Below the pieces are notes generated by a model. It was not told where the DNA came from and ran no database searches. It worked only from the letters and a program-made list of their open reading frames with translations. From Takakia lepidozioides (lineage: Eukaryota > Plantae > Bryophyta), in the NCBI GenBank assembly GCA_030704615.1, contig CM060732.1, positions 75,826,001 to 75,890,000 of the forward strand: a stretch of 64,000 bases of DNA, read 5' to 3'. The translations under genes and the position numbers were made by a program. Positions within the stretch are counted from its first letter, which is position 1. The number at the start of each line of letters is the position of its first letter. Positions 1 to 21,405 of the stretch are shown one piece after another.

Positions 1-1590
1 CAAATGAGAGTCATTGACCACAAAAGCTCAAATCAAGCTTTTGGCTCAGCAAAGACTCTCCTCACTCCCTATGCTTAGGGGAGAGAGAAAGGCACGGAGA
101 GAGAGAGAGAGAGAGCGAGAAAGAGTGAGTAAAAAATCCTTCACCATCAATCCGTATCTCCGAAGCTTCTAAAAAACAGAAAAAGTTGTACAGTCCAGGG
201 TCAAGTCATGCTCTCAAGCTCTGGGCCTGCCAAGGACGACTACAGCACCCTGCATTGATGGCGATGGCAGACTAAAAGTGCAGAGGAGGTCACCAGTTCT
301 CCAGGACCTTGCCACTCCGAAGCTCCCCACCCGCTGCACCACAGCTCTACCATACCCACCGGACAAACCGCACACGAACCGATGGACAAAAGTCTCCTCC
401 CAAACTGGGATACTTTGTCCGGCGGACAACTGACCATTATGTTACCTATATCTACCACGTGTCGGAATACATCTCATCCAGGCAACCAAGATGGTCCACG
501 TGTAATAGACAATAGTAATAAAACTGAGACTTCAGCCCTATTGGACCCTTTTGTTGGACGGTTAATATTTTTCATATTTTAATACATTTTTCAGAATCGG
601 ACAACCCAATGCCTTTTCGGATGATCTACTGTTTGAAATTGCATCCCGTCTTCATCCGGACTTTGGCCCACTGGTATGGGCTCCTTTGTCAACTCCTCTG
701 CTGTGGTCGAGAGGTCTGGGGTCAATCCCCTGTGGTGTCGTTGACCAATGTGTTCGTGCAGTGGAATAACCTTCAGGGAAGTAATGTCCAATTTCTCACA
801 TTAAACTGTTTGGGGTTCAATTGAAGGCTTTTTGTGGAATATTTTGTTTCTAATAAGGAAAATTTCAAAATCTATCATTAGATGAATCTGGAGCCATGGA
901 TCCCAGAAAATCCAACGGGTCGTTATCATGGCGAAAGTAGCGGGACGAAAAGTCAATCGCCAGAGTTTAGCCAATCGATGAATAAAATTCCTCATCCAGA
1001 TTCATGGATGACGGTACACATCGCGAGGGAAACGATGCCCTACTGGGCACATGCGGGTGCGGTTCCTGCGGCGCGGAAATGGAGGTACCCCCCTAATGCC
1101 GCGGAGCCGCCTACTTCGCCGCACACACCACTGACATGCTTTCATCGATACGAACCACGTTTCTCTACGTAAACTGATGCTCTATCAGGCTCTTTCCCCA
1201 GTGGACTTGTTCCTGCAACAGACTGCACATGAGGGGATCAGCCTGCATAGAGTATGGCAGCAGCTTGCAAGAATCTGTCTCGAAATGAGTGGGAGCATCC
1301 CCACAGAGTGACGAGGGAAAAAAGAAATGTTGGAAACAAACACATAAACAGATGTGACATCTCGGCTGGATCTGCAGAAATGCTGCGCAACAAAAAATAC
1401 GAAGGATGGCGCGCAGTGCCCACCCCATGCACTGACAACAGTCTCCATCTGCTATGGATAAACTTCTGCATTAACCAAGGCTTGAATAAGATTCCCTCTC
1501 CCATCCCTCCCAGATCCTGACTACTATTTTGGCTGCAGATGGGTTGATCATGTGGTAGAGGAAGACTAGTGAATGAAGATAAGTGCAAGA

Positions 1591-4500
1591 TCAAGCAGCC
1601 ACAGGGGCAGGAAGGGGCTGAAGGGCTTTAAGGGGATTAGAGATCACAGCATCGATGAGGCCGTACTCCTTCGCCTCCTTAGCACTCATAAAGAAATCCC
1701 GGTCCGTGTCCTGAACAATCTTCTCCAATGGCTGTCCCGTATGGTACGCCAAGTACCCATTCAAGTTTGCCTTGTGGTGCAAGATCTCGTTTGCCTACAT
1801 CCCCATCACCAAACTTGCATCAAACACACCAGCTATTCTGCTTCCTCCCTTTACTGAAGAGATCTGCTCTTTTCCAATAAATTTTTGATGACTAGCCTTT
1901 ATGGTGAAGTTAGAAGGCCAGCTCCCGAAGGACTGATGAGAACAGAACAATTGATTTTCGCCACTGGGCTTAAGAACGGTCTGACACCAATTATGGCACA
2001 ATGCCTTACATGGTGAAGAGAAGTACCTGAATCTCAATGTCGGTCTGCTGACCTTGGGCACCTCCAAGTGGCTGATGGATCATGATGCGTGAATTCGGGA
2101 GACTGTACCGCTTGCCTGGGCCACCCTCATAACAATATGCATGGCACATAAGCTACCAACAAACGAGTTGTGGAGCAGGATATCCAAACTCATTCATGGG
2201 CGAATGACGGGGAAACAACAAGGTCTGCAATTATTGAAGTGAGAATGCTGGCACGGTCGGGCCTCAATATGCACCTACCACCAGCCTTGTTTGATGATAA
2301 TTTCATTGTACCTTCCAGAGTCTGAGGGTTGCACAAGCACCCTACCAAGATACACTCTGCCAGCCATTTTTGCGACAACTCTCCCCATACCCCTCTTCTG
2401 TTTGCCCCTTCAAGTGTAAATGCACCCCCATGCGAATTTCTCAAACACACTCAATAACATGGCCAGCTCAGAAAACGAGTCCCTTACATACCTTTTGTGC
2501 CACCACTAAGAAGGAAAGCACCCATACTGCATACACAGAATAAAGCAGGTCAGACATCTCTCCACGACTACTATGCTTTCATGATCCAAACTGGTTTGAA
2601 AACAAGTCTCCCACTGCCTAGTTTTATTTATTGAAAATACACACATTCTCACAAACAGCAGGGATACAGATCTTTCTGCTAGAAATGCTACATACAAGTT
2701 CATAGATGGATACAGACACAGAACATGCAAGGCCAGGTGCATACCTGGCAGCCAGCCCAACGCATACAGTACTAACATCAGGACGAATATGCCTCATTGT
2801 ATCAAATATGGCCATCCCTATCACATGTCATCAAAAGAACATCAGCTATATGCTCCTAACATGTCACTCAAGACCTCCAATCAATGACAAAAAACTGGCA
2901 CCGTGAGAGAACCTCCTGCAAATACCATATCACTCAAAACTTATGAATGCTGAAGGAATAATGAAAGATGTAAGATGTGAATTGACAACTCTCCCATTCT
3001 CATATTGAAGAATTGACTTCATGGAACTGAGCAATGCCTTCAAGTGCATCTCAGCAAGTAGTTGGACAGCAAAGAGGAGTTGGCTGCTCCATCATGTGAG
3101 GAGAGCTCATGGTCACACAACAGTATACAGTGACCACGCATGACACTGCAATCCTTCCTGTTCCATCATGCAAGGGTAGCTGATGGTAACATAATACTCT
3201 ACACCAACTATGTGTGATATTGAATCCTTCTTAGAACAAGGAACACTTGCTATCTCAAGGATTGACACTGGAAAAAAGGTGGCAGCATACCCGCAGTGAC
3301 TGAACCTCCAGGTGAGTTGACGTACATGATGATGTCCTGCATGGCATTGAGCCAAACCCACTCAGATCCAGCCCTCACATCTGGATTGGCAATTGAGACT
3401 GGACGTAAAAAGAATTAGATGCATCACTGAAATTTAGCTCCGAGTTATTGATATTGCTGGCTTCGGTGAGTGCAACAAATTTTGACTTGTCTTCAGCCCC
3501 AGCATTCGTGGAGTTAAACTCTTGGAAAGAAACCTTAATTACACATGCAATCCTCTCTAATGTGTGTATAAACAAGCAAGGGTAAAATGTGTAAAACACA
3601 CCCTGTTGGGATCAGCAGCATCCAGATAGAGCAACTGCGCCACAATCAAGTTGGCCATGTCATCGTCCACAGCGCCCCCACACCGAATGATTCGCTGTTG
3701 CTCCCCAGACCCACCCTCAGTCAATACAGCTCTAAACAGATCACTAAGGCCAACTGACGTACATCCTCATGAGCAATCAACAATCCATCAGTTACCACAA
3801 TCTGAAGAGGAAATGATGTGCCCATCTCAGAATCACACCACTGTAAATATTTGCCAAAGGACCTCAATCCCTCAAATCTGTTTGGCAAACATAACTCCAG
3901 TGCACCTACCTAGGAACTATGCATTGCCTGTTTGATCCTCCAACTTTTGTTCCCACAGTTGTAGAAACTATTATAATTTTATATCACCTGATCCCTTGCT
4001 TCACATAACAATCTTCCATACTCCAAGAATGATTTAGAGGAAAGTCATGAAAGGACGCCATGTGGCCGAGGAGATCAGTTCATGATGCAAGGGCATCCTG
4101 AAGCTCGGAATAAGAGCACCGATCATATGGTGCGTTCACTAATACAAAAAAGCGAAGCTGAGCTTACTTGTTGAAAAAGCTGAGTGATCACGCTTTGGAA
4201 TCGCTCAGCCAACATGGGTGATGGGCCCTGCCCTCCCTGAGCAATTGGCCCCTCATAAGCATAAGCTGAGGTGGGTAACTCCAGATCACTCCTGCTTCCC
4301 CATCAATGGTTGTTCTCAGATAGTCATCCTGAGAGCACAAACGACTAGTCACCTACTCCTGATCTGCATACTTCAAATCAGCTTGGCTGGCTTCTACAGA
4401 AGCTATAGAAACCTAAGCTTCTACAGGATGGTAAGAGCCTAGTGAACTCCCCTAATGTCTCACATACATACTTGCACTCGAGCACTAAGATTTTGATGCC

Positions 4501-5213
4501 CCTGCTTGAAAGCTGAGTATGCTGCTCAGCAACGAGACTTCAATTCCAAAATATTGCAAATGAGAATGATATACACCTCATGGACCAGACTTGGTGACTG
4601 TCACTGGATGAAGGAGTCCAGAATCCTTCAGAAGTCAAGCTTGCTGATGGTTTGTAAGCGACACATTTCGTCCTGCACGTGGAAATCTCACAAACACCAA
4701 ACGTCCTGTTAGGCATCCGAACTGCAGGTTGCATTGCCAGCTCTTCTGGAGATACCCAGTAAAAATTCAAACCTACTCTGACTTACACAGCAAGCCCTAG
4801 TCTGATAATCAGAAACTAAGATAGTCCAGCTGTTTTGGAAAACTATGATATAAAATTACAAAAAAGCTTCCTCTGCGGGGCGCAGCAGAATTCTATGACT
4901 AACCTTGTGACTGTTTTTTTCGTTACCCAGATGTGAGCCACAAGCCCGCGAAATGCAACTCATCGTACCTCGTACATAAAAAAACAGACGTAAACCCCGA
5001 ATGGAGAGGGTTTAAGGAGCGCACGACCGAAGAGGCCGAGTAACAAAAAGAACGTTTGAAAAAATGAGAAACCGCCCACAGGAAAGAGTGGAAGCACCTT
5101 GCAGATCTCAGAGGGAGAGGCAAGAAGGCGGTTCGTCGGAGCTGGTGCTGAATTGAGCTGCAATTGACGGGACTAACCAGAACCAAAGGCTTCACAAGCA
5201 ACGCATGCGCCAT
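1591..5213 (-). CDS. CLPP5: Plastid ATP-dependent Clp protease proteolytic subunit ClpP5 (nuclear-encoded), 9 exons
   Basis: GT-AG exons 5098-5213, 4577-4672, 4168-4291, 3602-3694, 3291-3336, 2745-2817, 2492-2526, 2027-2115 and 1591-1794 join in frame. They give a transit peptide, then [39 protein letters not shown]...[42 protein letters not shown]...[10 protein letters not shown]...[20 protein letters not shown], with the Ser-His-Asp triad present. Confidence 0.96.
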
Positions 5214-7751
5214 GGATTCCCGAGAGATGCCGAAGCTATCGATGCACAACAACAGCAGGGCAGAAACACAGTCGGCCAGCAGAATCCATCGGCAAGTAAA
5301 GGCAGAAAGGAGAGCGTGTGGCAGACAAGGAAGCGTGTGTTACTATACGATAGCGACGATCCCATGTATGGGGAACATGGGAACGTAATGGATTTGATTC
5401 TGGATTGACGTACTATAACATTCATTCATCTAGATGAATGTCATTTCTCATCCACTAGGGTTAGGGCAAAGGGGCTAGATAGGATATGGGAGCTTCGAGC
5501 CTGCCCTCTCATTGGCTGCGCGTCCTCGCGGCCACCCTGTGTTCGAATTCTCAGCGCGGCACCATCTCTGCTGGACTGTTGTGCGAGATGGCTTCGGACC
5601 TTGGCAGCTATGGCGTCGGCGCTGTGGAGCATTCTCGGAGGAAGCAGAGCAATGGAAGCAGAGCAGCGTTTGAGTCTGTGGAGAAGAGATTGATGGGAAG
5701 AAGATTGATTGAAGGGAGAGAGATTGATGGGAATGGGAATTTGAGAAGGGAGAGAGATTGACGAGAACGGCAATGGGAAGGGGAGAAGCAAGCGGGTAGG
5801 AGAGGGGGTAGGAGTGGAGGAGGAGATGGATATGTGGAGGCGGAGGAGCAGAGTGAGAGGCAGGCACAGAAATAGAAAGAATGTAACTCCCCTTGTAGTG
5901 CAGAATTATGAGAGAGATGAGGTGGTGTAGGAGGAGCATTCACGGGTGTGTCTCGGAATGTTGGTTAGGCTATGAGAATTTTGCAAAAGGATGCACGCGG
6001 GTGCTGATTTTGGAGAAAGACTGGACCCGGGTGAGAGAGTTGAGGTACCAGGGTGCAGCAAGGGACAGCCCGGGGCAATGCCATTTAGTGGCTGGGCAGA
6101 GGCGTTTGTGGAGATGTGGGAAGCTTAGTAAAATTAAACACTGGCAATTGTGGACGGGAGCGGGGCAGGTCTGTCTATGGCCTGCCGAGCTGCACACACC
6201 CCGTTATTGAGGCTTTGGATGGCGGGGGAATTGCTGTGCAAGCAAGTCAGTCTTGAGGGGTGGACTGGATTCAAATGCAGGGGCCACAGGAGTTCCTCTC
6301 TCTGCAACGAAACTGTTGGATGTTGGGGGCTACAATTGGGCATCGGAGCGATGGAGAAGGTCGGCGGCCTGGTACACGGCCCGAGCATTCATGAAGGCTT
6401 CAGGTCAGTGTTTAGCTGTCAGCATTAGTTCATTCTCCAATTCGGATTGAAACTAACGGATCAGGAGACCCACTTGTGTGCGCCCATTATCAGACAGCTT
6501 TTCTTCCAGAATTGGGACAAAAACGATGTCGAATTCAGGCTTAAGATTGATCCTGCAGTCATAGCTCATGGGGCGTTTGCCAGGCGAATATAATGTCGTA
6601 GTGTCCCGCACATTCCGGACAGCTACGAGCTGCAGGAAAAGAGCGCAATTCTCTGGTCCATAGGTTGAGGTTGATCACCAGAAATTCAGGCCCCTCGATT
6701 GGAAGTCAGTAAGCTCGCATAGGAGCACTTAAGTTAGGTCCCCTTGCAACCATGGCCTACATGTTAAGCCTTTTGGGAGGCATTGTTGAAGGTCATATGG
6801 GTCTCTAGTTTCTACCTACTTCCTGTGCTCAGGAGTTTCCTGTATAATCTAGAAAGGACCATTTTGGTCCACTTTCTCCATGGACAATCCGACATCAGTT
6901 TACACATCTAGCTGCAGCAAACAGTGCTGATGACCCCTAGGCATTGGTTACGATGGTTGAGTACAGCATTGGGCTTTTCACCAGAGGGAGAATCATTTGT
7001 TCTTTCTAAGCAGAATTTCAAGTGTACCGGTAGTGATTTTCACTGGATAGAGCATGATTGCATGCTTGTCAAGTGGCTTGGACATATGACTATGGACCAG
7101 AGAAGCTCGGGTTTTTCAGAATATGCAGACACATATATGGAGTGATTGAGAATAGTTAGTGGTGCTAGTGGCTGTAATCAGTACCTACTTGTTTTGATAT
7201 AGATACGCCCTAACCGAGCTGGGTCTAAAGGGGTTCTTTTTCTAAAGGTGCGGCTGCAGGCTGCCAGCATGGAAGGGGCTTTGTAAACGCCCAGCTATTT
7301 GGATTGCACATGTTGGACCAGCAGTGGTGGATGTATGCACTGACCCAAGGCGCCTTTTTGGTGGGAGCTCTATGGCTATGGCGGAGGGGTTACAGGGAGG
7401 GCCCGAAGATAAGGATGACCCTGTGCATGTCTCTGGTTCGTTCCTTTGAACTGGATAATGTGGTGGCTGTGGTGGACAAATAGCTGGCCACCTTGGATTT
7501 CTTGTGTCTCTCACTCTATATATCCTTTCCTCCAAAGTTAAGGTGCCCACCTTCCCAACAGAAGGCAGGTAGTCCTTCGGGGTGAAGAAACACTTGTAAT
7601 TAACGCTCGCACCTCAGCAGTCGTCAACCTTTTTATTCAGTTGTTTCTCCTCCAAAGTCCTGTGTTTGTAGATTGGGTATTGCCTTTTAGGTATGAAACT
7701 AGTGATCAGAAGATTTATCGCCCGAGTTTCATTTCTTAAAAGGAGCTGGTG

Positions 7752-10700
7752 ATGTCTCCACCTCGTGCAGGGGATGAAAGGAGCACAGGAGCAAGAGAAC
7801 TGACTGCATGGTCAGAGACTGATGGGGAAGGCCGTCGCCATGTAAAAGATGTTGCTGCTGCACTCCGTATGGTGAAGCACAAAGAGGAAATGAAAATTAG
7901 ACTTGCCCCTTTTGTGGGAAAGCTCTCAGCTCGTGATGTTATCGTGGTTTTGAAAATGCTGTACAATAGGCAGGTTGCAGTGGATTTTTACAAGTGGGTC
8001 AAACAGCAGCCTGGGTTTGAACCTGAGTTCCATCTATATTTGGCATTTGCTTTCTGCCTATTGCGGGTCCAGAAATGGGTAGCGCTTGAGATACTGGTTG
8101 ATGAAATGGTGAAAAACAACTGTGCCCCCGACAGCAGGCTGTATGTTCGAATCATGAAGACAGCCATTACTGCTGGGCGCTTACACACGGTTGAGAAGTG
8201 GTTCCAGAAGATGCAAGATCTAGGCTGCCCGCACGACTTGTCAGTCTACAACGTTGTCATTGCTGCGTATGGGAAGGAAGGACAGTTTGACCAAGCTATT
8301 TCTCTCTTCAGGCAACTCAAGGAGAAGGGACTGAAGCCGGACAGCGGTACATATAGTTCGGTTCTGAGCGCATGTGCAAAGGCTGGGAAGCTGGATGAGG
8401 GGCAAGCAATTTTTGTGGAGATGAAAGAGAGAGGGCTGCAACCAGACCAGGTGACCTACAGCATTTTGGTTGACCTTTTTGGCAAGGCAGGAAGACCTGA
8501 GGATGCCGCTGTTACATTCGAAGAGATGCAGGCATGCCCTCCTAAACCCTTGCTGTGTGCTGAGCTCTTTGGGGCTTGCTGTTTGTGGACATTTAAAGTC
8601 CCTCTTTCTTTCCCTCCCTCTTAGGCCTTTCCTCTTTGAGAGTGAGTGATTGTCATCTACAGCTACATTTGTCACATCTATGTCTAGTTAGGGTGTTTTA
8701 GCAGCACTCAACCTCATACTTTCTAGTAGAAAGTCAACGATATACAAAACCAAATGCCCTTCAACTCAGTAGTCATCAGGTGTCATAGCAAGGCAGATTG
8801 AGTCTCATATACCCTTGGGGCTGAAACACTGCAAGTGACCCTTAGTATCCTGTGAGGACTACACCTCAAGGGTGTGTCTGAGCAATGTTTGCAGGAAACC
8901 GTCAATGAATCTCTCTCTCTCTGTCTCATGCAGAACAAAATTTGAAACCAGAAGGCAATAAATGCTGTCTCTGGCAAAGAGAGAGAATGAAGACAGATTA
9001 GGGAGTGGTCAAGCAGATCATCTTCCAAGAAAAAGAAACCCCAACCAGAAAAGGGAGAAAGGCTGAAGACATCAGAGCTTGCAAGGCATGAGACAGCTGG
9101 TAACGACAAAGACTCTTACAACCCTGGGAAGGCCAACTCGGACAGACAAAACTTGACCAGCCAGTGACAAACTACCCAGGCCATGATACCTTTTGGCCCT
9201 GTTGGCCCATTGGATGTTCAATATTCATTCCCTCGTTCATATAGGAACCATGGCACCAGCAGGGAGAGCGGCTGAATGTGGCTTGAAGTGCAGTGATAAC
9301 TAGCATAGAAACCTTCCAGATGCATCCGGGGAGCTAGGGGGAAGAGTTGCTTTTTCTTTCACTCCCTCACCAAACTGAGCACAGGGTCCACAATGCTACA
9401 ATGGATCCAGGATTGGACAGCATACCTGAAAAATAAGGGGCCAATGAAAAAAACCTCAAGTTGCATTTGGAATAAATATTTGTAGGGTTCTCTAATCGAA
9501 CTAGAGCTGGTAGTCTACATGAGGAAGGGCCAAGCAGCATAACAGATCTCGATCCACTAGATACGGGCCTCATTCCAACCAAACCAAATCTAGTGTATGC
9601 ATATCGCTCATGTTTAGAGGCACATATCAACTTCTATGAGTTACTCTTTATGTGCAAAGGAGCTAGTACCGAGTCCAGGCAGGTGATGCCGTAGCAATAC
9701 ATTGAAACAATTGAATTGAAAATGAACTGCAGGCAGCTGGGTACTTGCCCGACAGAGTTGCGTTCAACACTCTGCTTCATGCATTTGCAAAGGCGGGAAT
9801 GGTTGACAAGGCAACGGTGGTATTTCGAGAAGCCCAGCGTGTAGGGTGCTTACAAGACCCCATCATCTTTTACACAATGATTCAGCTCTATGCCAATACA
9901 GGGCTTGCCGAAGAAGCCTTAAATGTGTTCAAGATGATGAAGGAATTTGGATTCAGGACAAATGAGGCTGGCTGTGTGAAGGTCCTCAATGCGTTTGTCA
10001 AGGCAGGGCTGCCAAAAATTGCCATCGATGTATTCCAGGACATGCAAGCTATGGGCTGCCCAATGGGTGAAAATACCTACATCACCATGCTCAATGTATT
10101 TTCCAAGGCAGGAATGCACGGGGCAGCGGAGCAACTTCTAGTAGAGATGAGGAAAAGAGGATTTCATCGTAGTGTGGTGGCATACAGCACGATAATAGAC
10201 ATGTATGGGAAAATTGGGAAGATGGAGGATGCTGTCCGGTTGTTTTCACGAATGAAAAAACAGGGCTGCCAAGGCAATTTGATTGTCTACAATACTTTGA
10301 TCGACATGTTTGGTAAGGCTGGAAAGCTGAAGGATGCAGAAAGGCTGCTGGTAGAGATGAAGGCAGCTGGGATTCCCCCCGACACTGTCACGTACACTAT
10401 TCTCATTAATGCATACAACAGAGTGGGGCAGTATGAAGAGTGCCTACAGACTTTTAAGCAACATAGGGCAGATGGTTTGGAGCTGGATAAAATAATCGTC
10501 GCAATTATGATCAATGTGTTTGGTAAGGCTCGTCTGTATGAGCCACTCGCTGAGCTCTTGGAGGAGATGGCCAAATCCGGCATTCAACCTGATGCTCGAA
10601 TATTCAAGACTGTGGTAGAGATTTTTCAAGATGGAGGGCTTTGCGAGAATACCTCTGAGCTTTTGACGAGGATACAGAAGCTAGGCCCTTTGGAGACGAA

Positions 10701-10776
10701 GTTGCCACATACACCAACTGCTTGCTTGCTATTGTCTAGTCATAGTAGGAACTCACTCTCTGCTGATGTGACATGA
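7752..10776 (+). CDS. P-class pentatricopeptide repeat protein; 2 exons visible (to 8531 and 9733-10776), true N-terminus uncertain
   Basis: Tandem 35-aa P motifs (YNVVIAAYGKEGQFDQAISLFRQLKEKGLKPD, YNTLIDMFGKAGKLKDAERLLVEMKAAGIPPD). The exons join as EEMQ|AAGYLPD across a GC-AG intron at 8532-9732. Confidence 0.85.
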
Positions 10777-10984
10777 GATGTTGCTTCAGTAGAGCACAAA
10801 TTAGAAGATCAAATTAGCACTGTGAATACCAGTTGTTCAACAAGAGGAGCACTGCGGCTCTGTCCCTATTCTTGCACGAACCCGAGGTGCCCTCATCTGG
10901 ATTGTGAATGGATTGTTCACTTTTGATGTGTGATCTTTCTCTTAGGGACTAGCTGCTGTAAGCAAGGGAAGTGGTGGTACTTTC

Positions 10985-11781
10985 CAGTGTTGGACTGGTA
11001 TATAGGGTCTGGCTGGGTATCAACTAGGGTACTCAAAGAACTGACCCGGCTGGCATCTACTTTTGTAATACTAGGTTTAAGAACCAAAACCCCTCTTATT
11101 GGCACTTGCAATCTGGAAGTTAGGTCCATACCCTACCTAGCCTGGTACTGGCGAAGGCAATACCCGTATTAGGGGTTAAAACAAGCACAATGCACACAGT
11201 ATTAGTATCAACCAATATTGGGCAGGAGGAGGTCCAGAGCAGTTCCAGGCTTCCAGCCCACTACCTGCTCTTCACTATTCCATCCAACATGCCAATACCT
11301 TGAAGACCTTGTTTCTCCTTGTTCAGGAGTTTTTTTCTGTCCAAAAACAAATATGATGGATGAGAAGAACTCTGCGTTGCAGATTTGGCCATGTTGGACA
11401 ATGAGACTTGGAACCAAATTTCCTAACTGATTGCACTTGAGTTGACAAAATATGCATATGTAATGCAAACGGCTTTTGCAACAGTTTTTTTCTTTGGGAA
11501 ACCAGGTAAGCTTATGCCCCAAACTCAGGCTACCACTTATAATTAAATTAAACTAAACTAATTATACCCGGGTTAGTAACCGGCTGCTATTACAATTGGA
11601 ATACCACTGGGTGATAGTTGATAGCCATCAAATCCAATATCCTACATCTATTGAGAACCGACGGATATGAAAATTTTGTAAGTATTCTAATACTATGGAA
11701 CCGGCTGGTATTGAAAAGTAAGAATAGTTCAATATCAGGACCAGGCTGGTATTTAAAAAAACTAATACCCGCCCAACACTG
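10985..11781. mobile_element. Non-autonomous hAT element (MITE)
   Basis: TIRs CAGTGTTGG (10985) and CCAACACTG (ends 11781). The 8-bp flanks GTACTTTC (10977-10984) and GTGCTTTC (11782-11789) match at 7/8, as expected for a hAT TSD. Confidence 0.75.
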
Positions 11782-12746
11782 GTGCTTTCGTGCTTTCCTC
11801 CTTTTCTCTTGTGTACTTTCAGCACCATACCTGCCTTTTTGGCATGTGTGCTTGAGGGTGACACTTGCTGCATCAAGCATGTTTCCTTTGTATAATGTTC
11901 AGGAGTCTGGATGGCACAGCAGAGACTAAAAAAAATTTGATCGTCTTCCAGGTTCAGAATTATTTTTGTTAGTCATAAAGTCTAGAAGCCGAAGCCACTC
12001 TCCAGATATGAAGTGTTGTTTCCTGCTTTGAAGGAAATGCATTGCACAGGTGAGAGCAGGAGCTTTCTACAACCAGGTCCATTGTCAGAGTCCCATGGTA
12101 CCCTGATGTTGTCCAGGTCAAGCCCATCTGACCTCTACAGCTGCAAGGCGGCTAAGCCTTCATGGAAGACATTTGACATATAATGGATGAAGCCATCAGA
12201 CAAATCTGACATCTAGGTCTTGCCAATGTGAATCTCCACTGAAAACCAAATTTGATTATTAACCCATCATCATCTGGCAATGCTTGGTACCAATAAGGTT
12301 GAAATTTAGTTTTAACTGAAAAGAATGATCTGTTAGCACTTGTTAAATGCGTAAATTGCCTTCATATAACAAGTCAAACTATGATTTTAAAGGAGCTGAA
12401 TCTTTGGTCTTTAGTGATGCATCTGTTGAGCACTGTTGAGTGTTGCAAAACAGAACAGGATGCACATGGAGCCATTCATCAGCAAATCCTTGGATCTCAT
12501 TTGTGGAGTGAACAAGCTGTTTCTCCCACAATGGGCCATCATTTCATAAACCCATTTGGAGCTCCCCAACTACGACTGAACTGGTAGACCACACTTGTTC
12601 TAAACTTGACTGCTTTTAACAAACTCTGCAACTAGAACAAAATACACCTACTATGAACATGACTCAATTTCCCTGTTGCAATTGAAGCAGACTAAGGGAA
12701 TAATAGAATTTCGTGCATACCTACTTTGCTATAGAAATCATTGGTA

Positions 12747-20481
<7,735 letters not shown>

Positions 20482-20510
20482 AGCTCCTCCTCACGACTCC
20501 CCTCAATCAA

Positions 20511-20519
<9 letters not shown>

Positions 20520-20597
<78 letters not shown>

Positions 20598-20598
20598 T
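20520..20598. repeat. (CT)n microsatellite just upstream of the ettA start codon
   Basis: About 38 consecutive CT units. Confidence 0.95.
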
Positions 20599-21405
20599 CA
20601 AAAAGTTGGGTTCTCAAAATTCTCACTTCCTCAACTCATTACCATCATCACTCGGCCATTTCCAAACCTTCAGAACAATTTACAAAATCCTCCCACAGAC
20701 TTGGAAGCGACAGTCTAGGAAGTGCAGAATTACCTGTAGGGGTTTCATCCCCAAGGCCTTGAGATACCGTAGGTTCATAGCAGATTAGGCACACATTAAA
20801 AAAAAATTAAATAAGCAAATCTGTGATTTTTCAAGATTTATGGCTGAAAGGTTGGAAAAATAATATGAAAGTGCCTAATTCAGTAAAATTGTCTAAAAAA
20901 ATCCTACTCTATATAATTTCTATTGAAAACAAAAAACAATGCCTCCATAAATGTTCAAAATGTATAGGCCAACTCCCTAGGTCCATACAACCTCTAAAGG
21001 ACCTTCCAATGAGTCTCAAACATCTTGCATATGCGCATCATTGAAGTCTTCATCCCCATCAACTCAGATACATCTGAGTCTTCAATGTGCAAATTTCCAA
21101 GGCAGCGACTCATGCTCTCCACCACCTCAACATCAAGATAGAAATCTGGCACCTCTGAGCAACTAAGAGTCATTTCCACTTCCTCTTGAGGAGTTGTGGC
21201 TGTAAACAAAGGCTCTGTAAAATTGGCTCTCATAGCCTCACACTGAAACTGAAACTCAAAAGTGTAATCATGGGTTGTGCTCATGCTTCATCCCGGGCAG
21301 CAAGTTCCCTTTGTGATTAGGCCCGGCATTTTTTCTCTTTTTTTCTTTTTTTTCTTATTTTCTTTGTTTGGAGGGGACAGACTCCAGAGACCCTCAGAAA
21401 CTTTA

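Noticed and set aside
1-1170. Short ORFs and GC-rich motifs, perhaps a transposon remnant
   Set aside because: No recognisable domain or paired termini within the window.
4472-4521. Extra CLPP5 micro-exon
   Set aside because: Exon 4577-4672 splices in frame to 4168-4291 and gives the expected ClpP5-like sequence without it.
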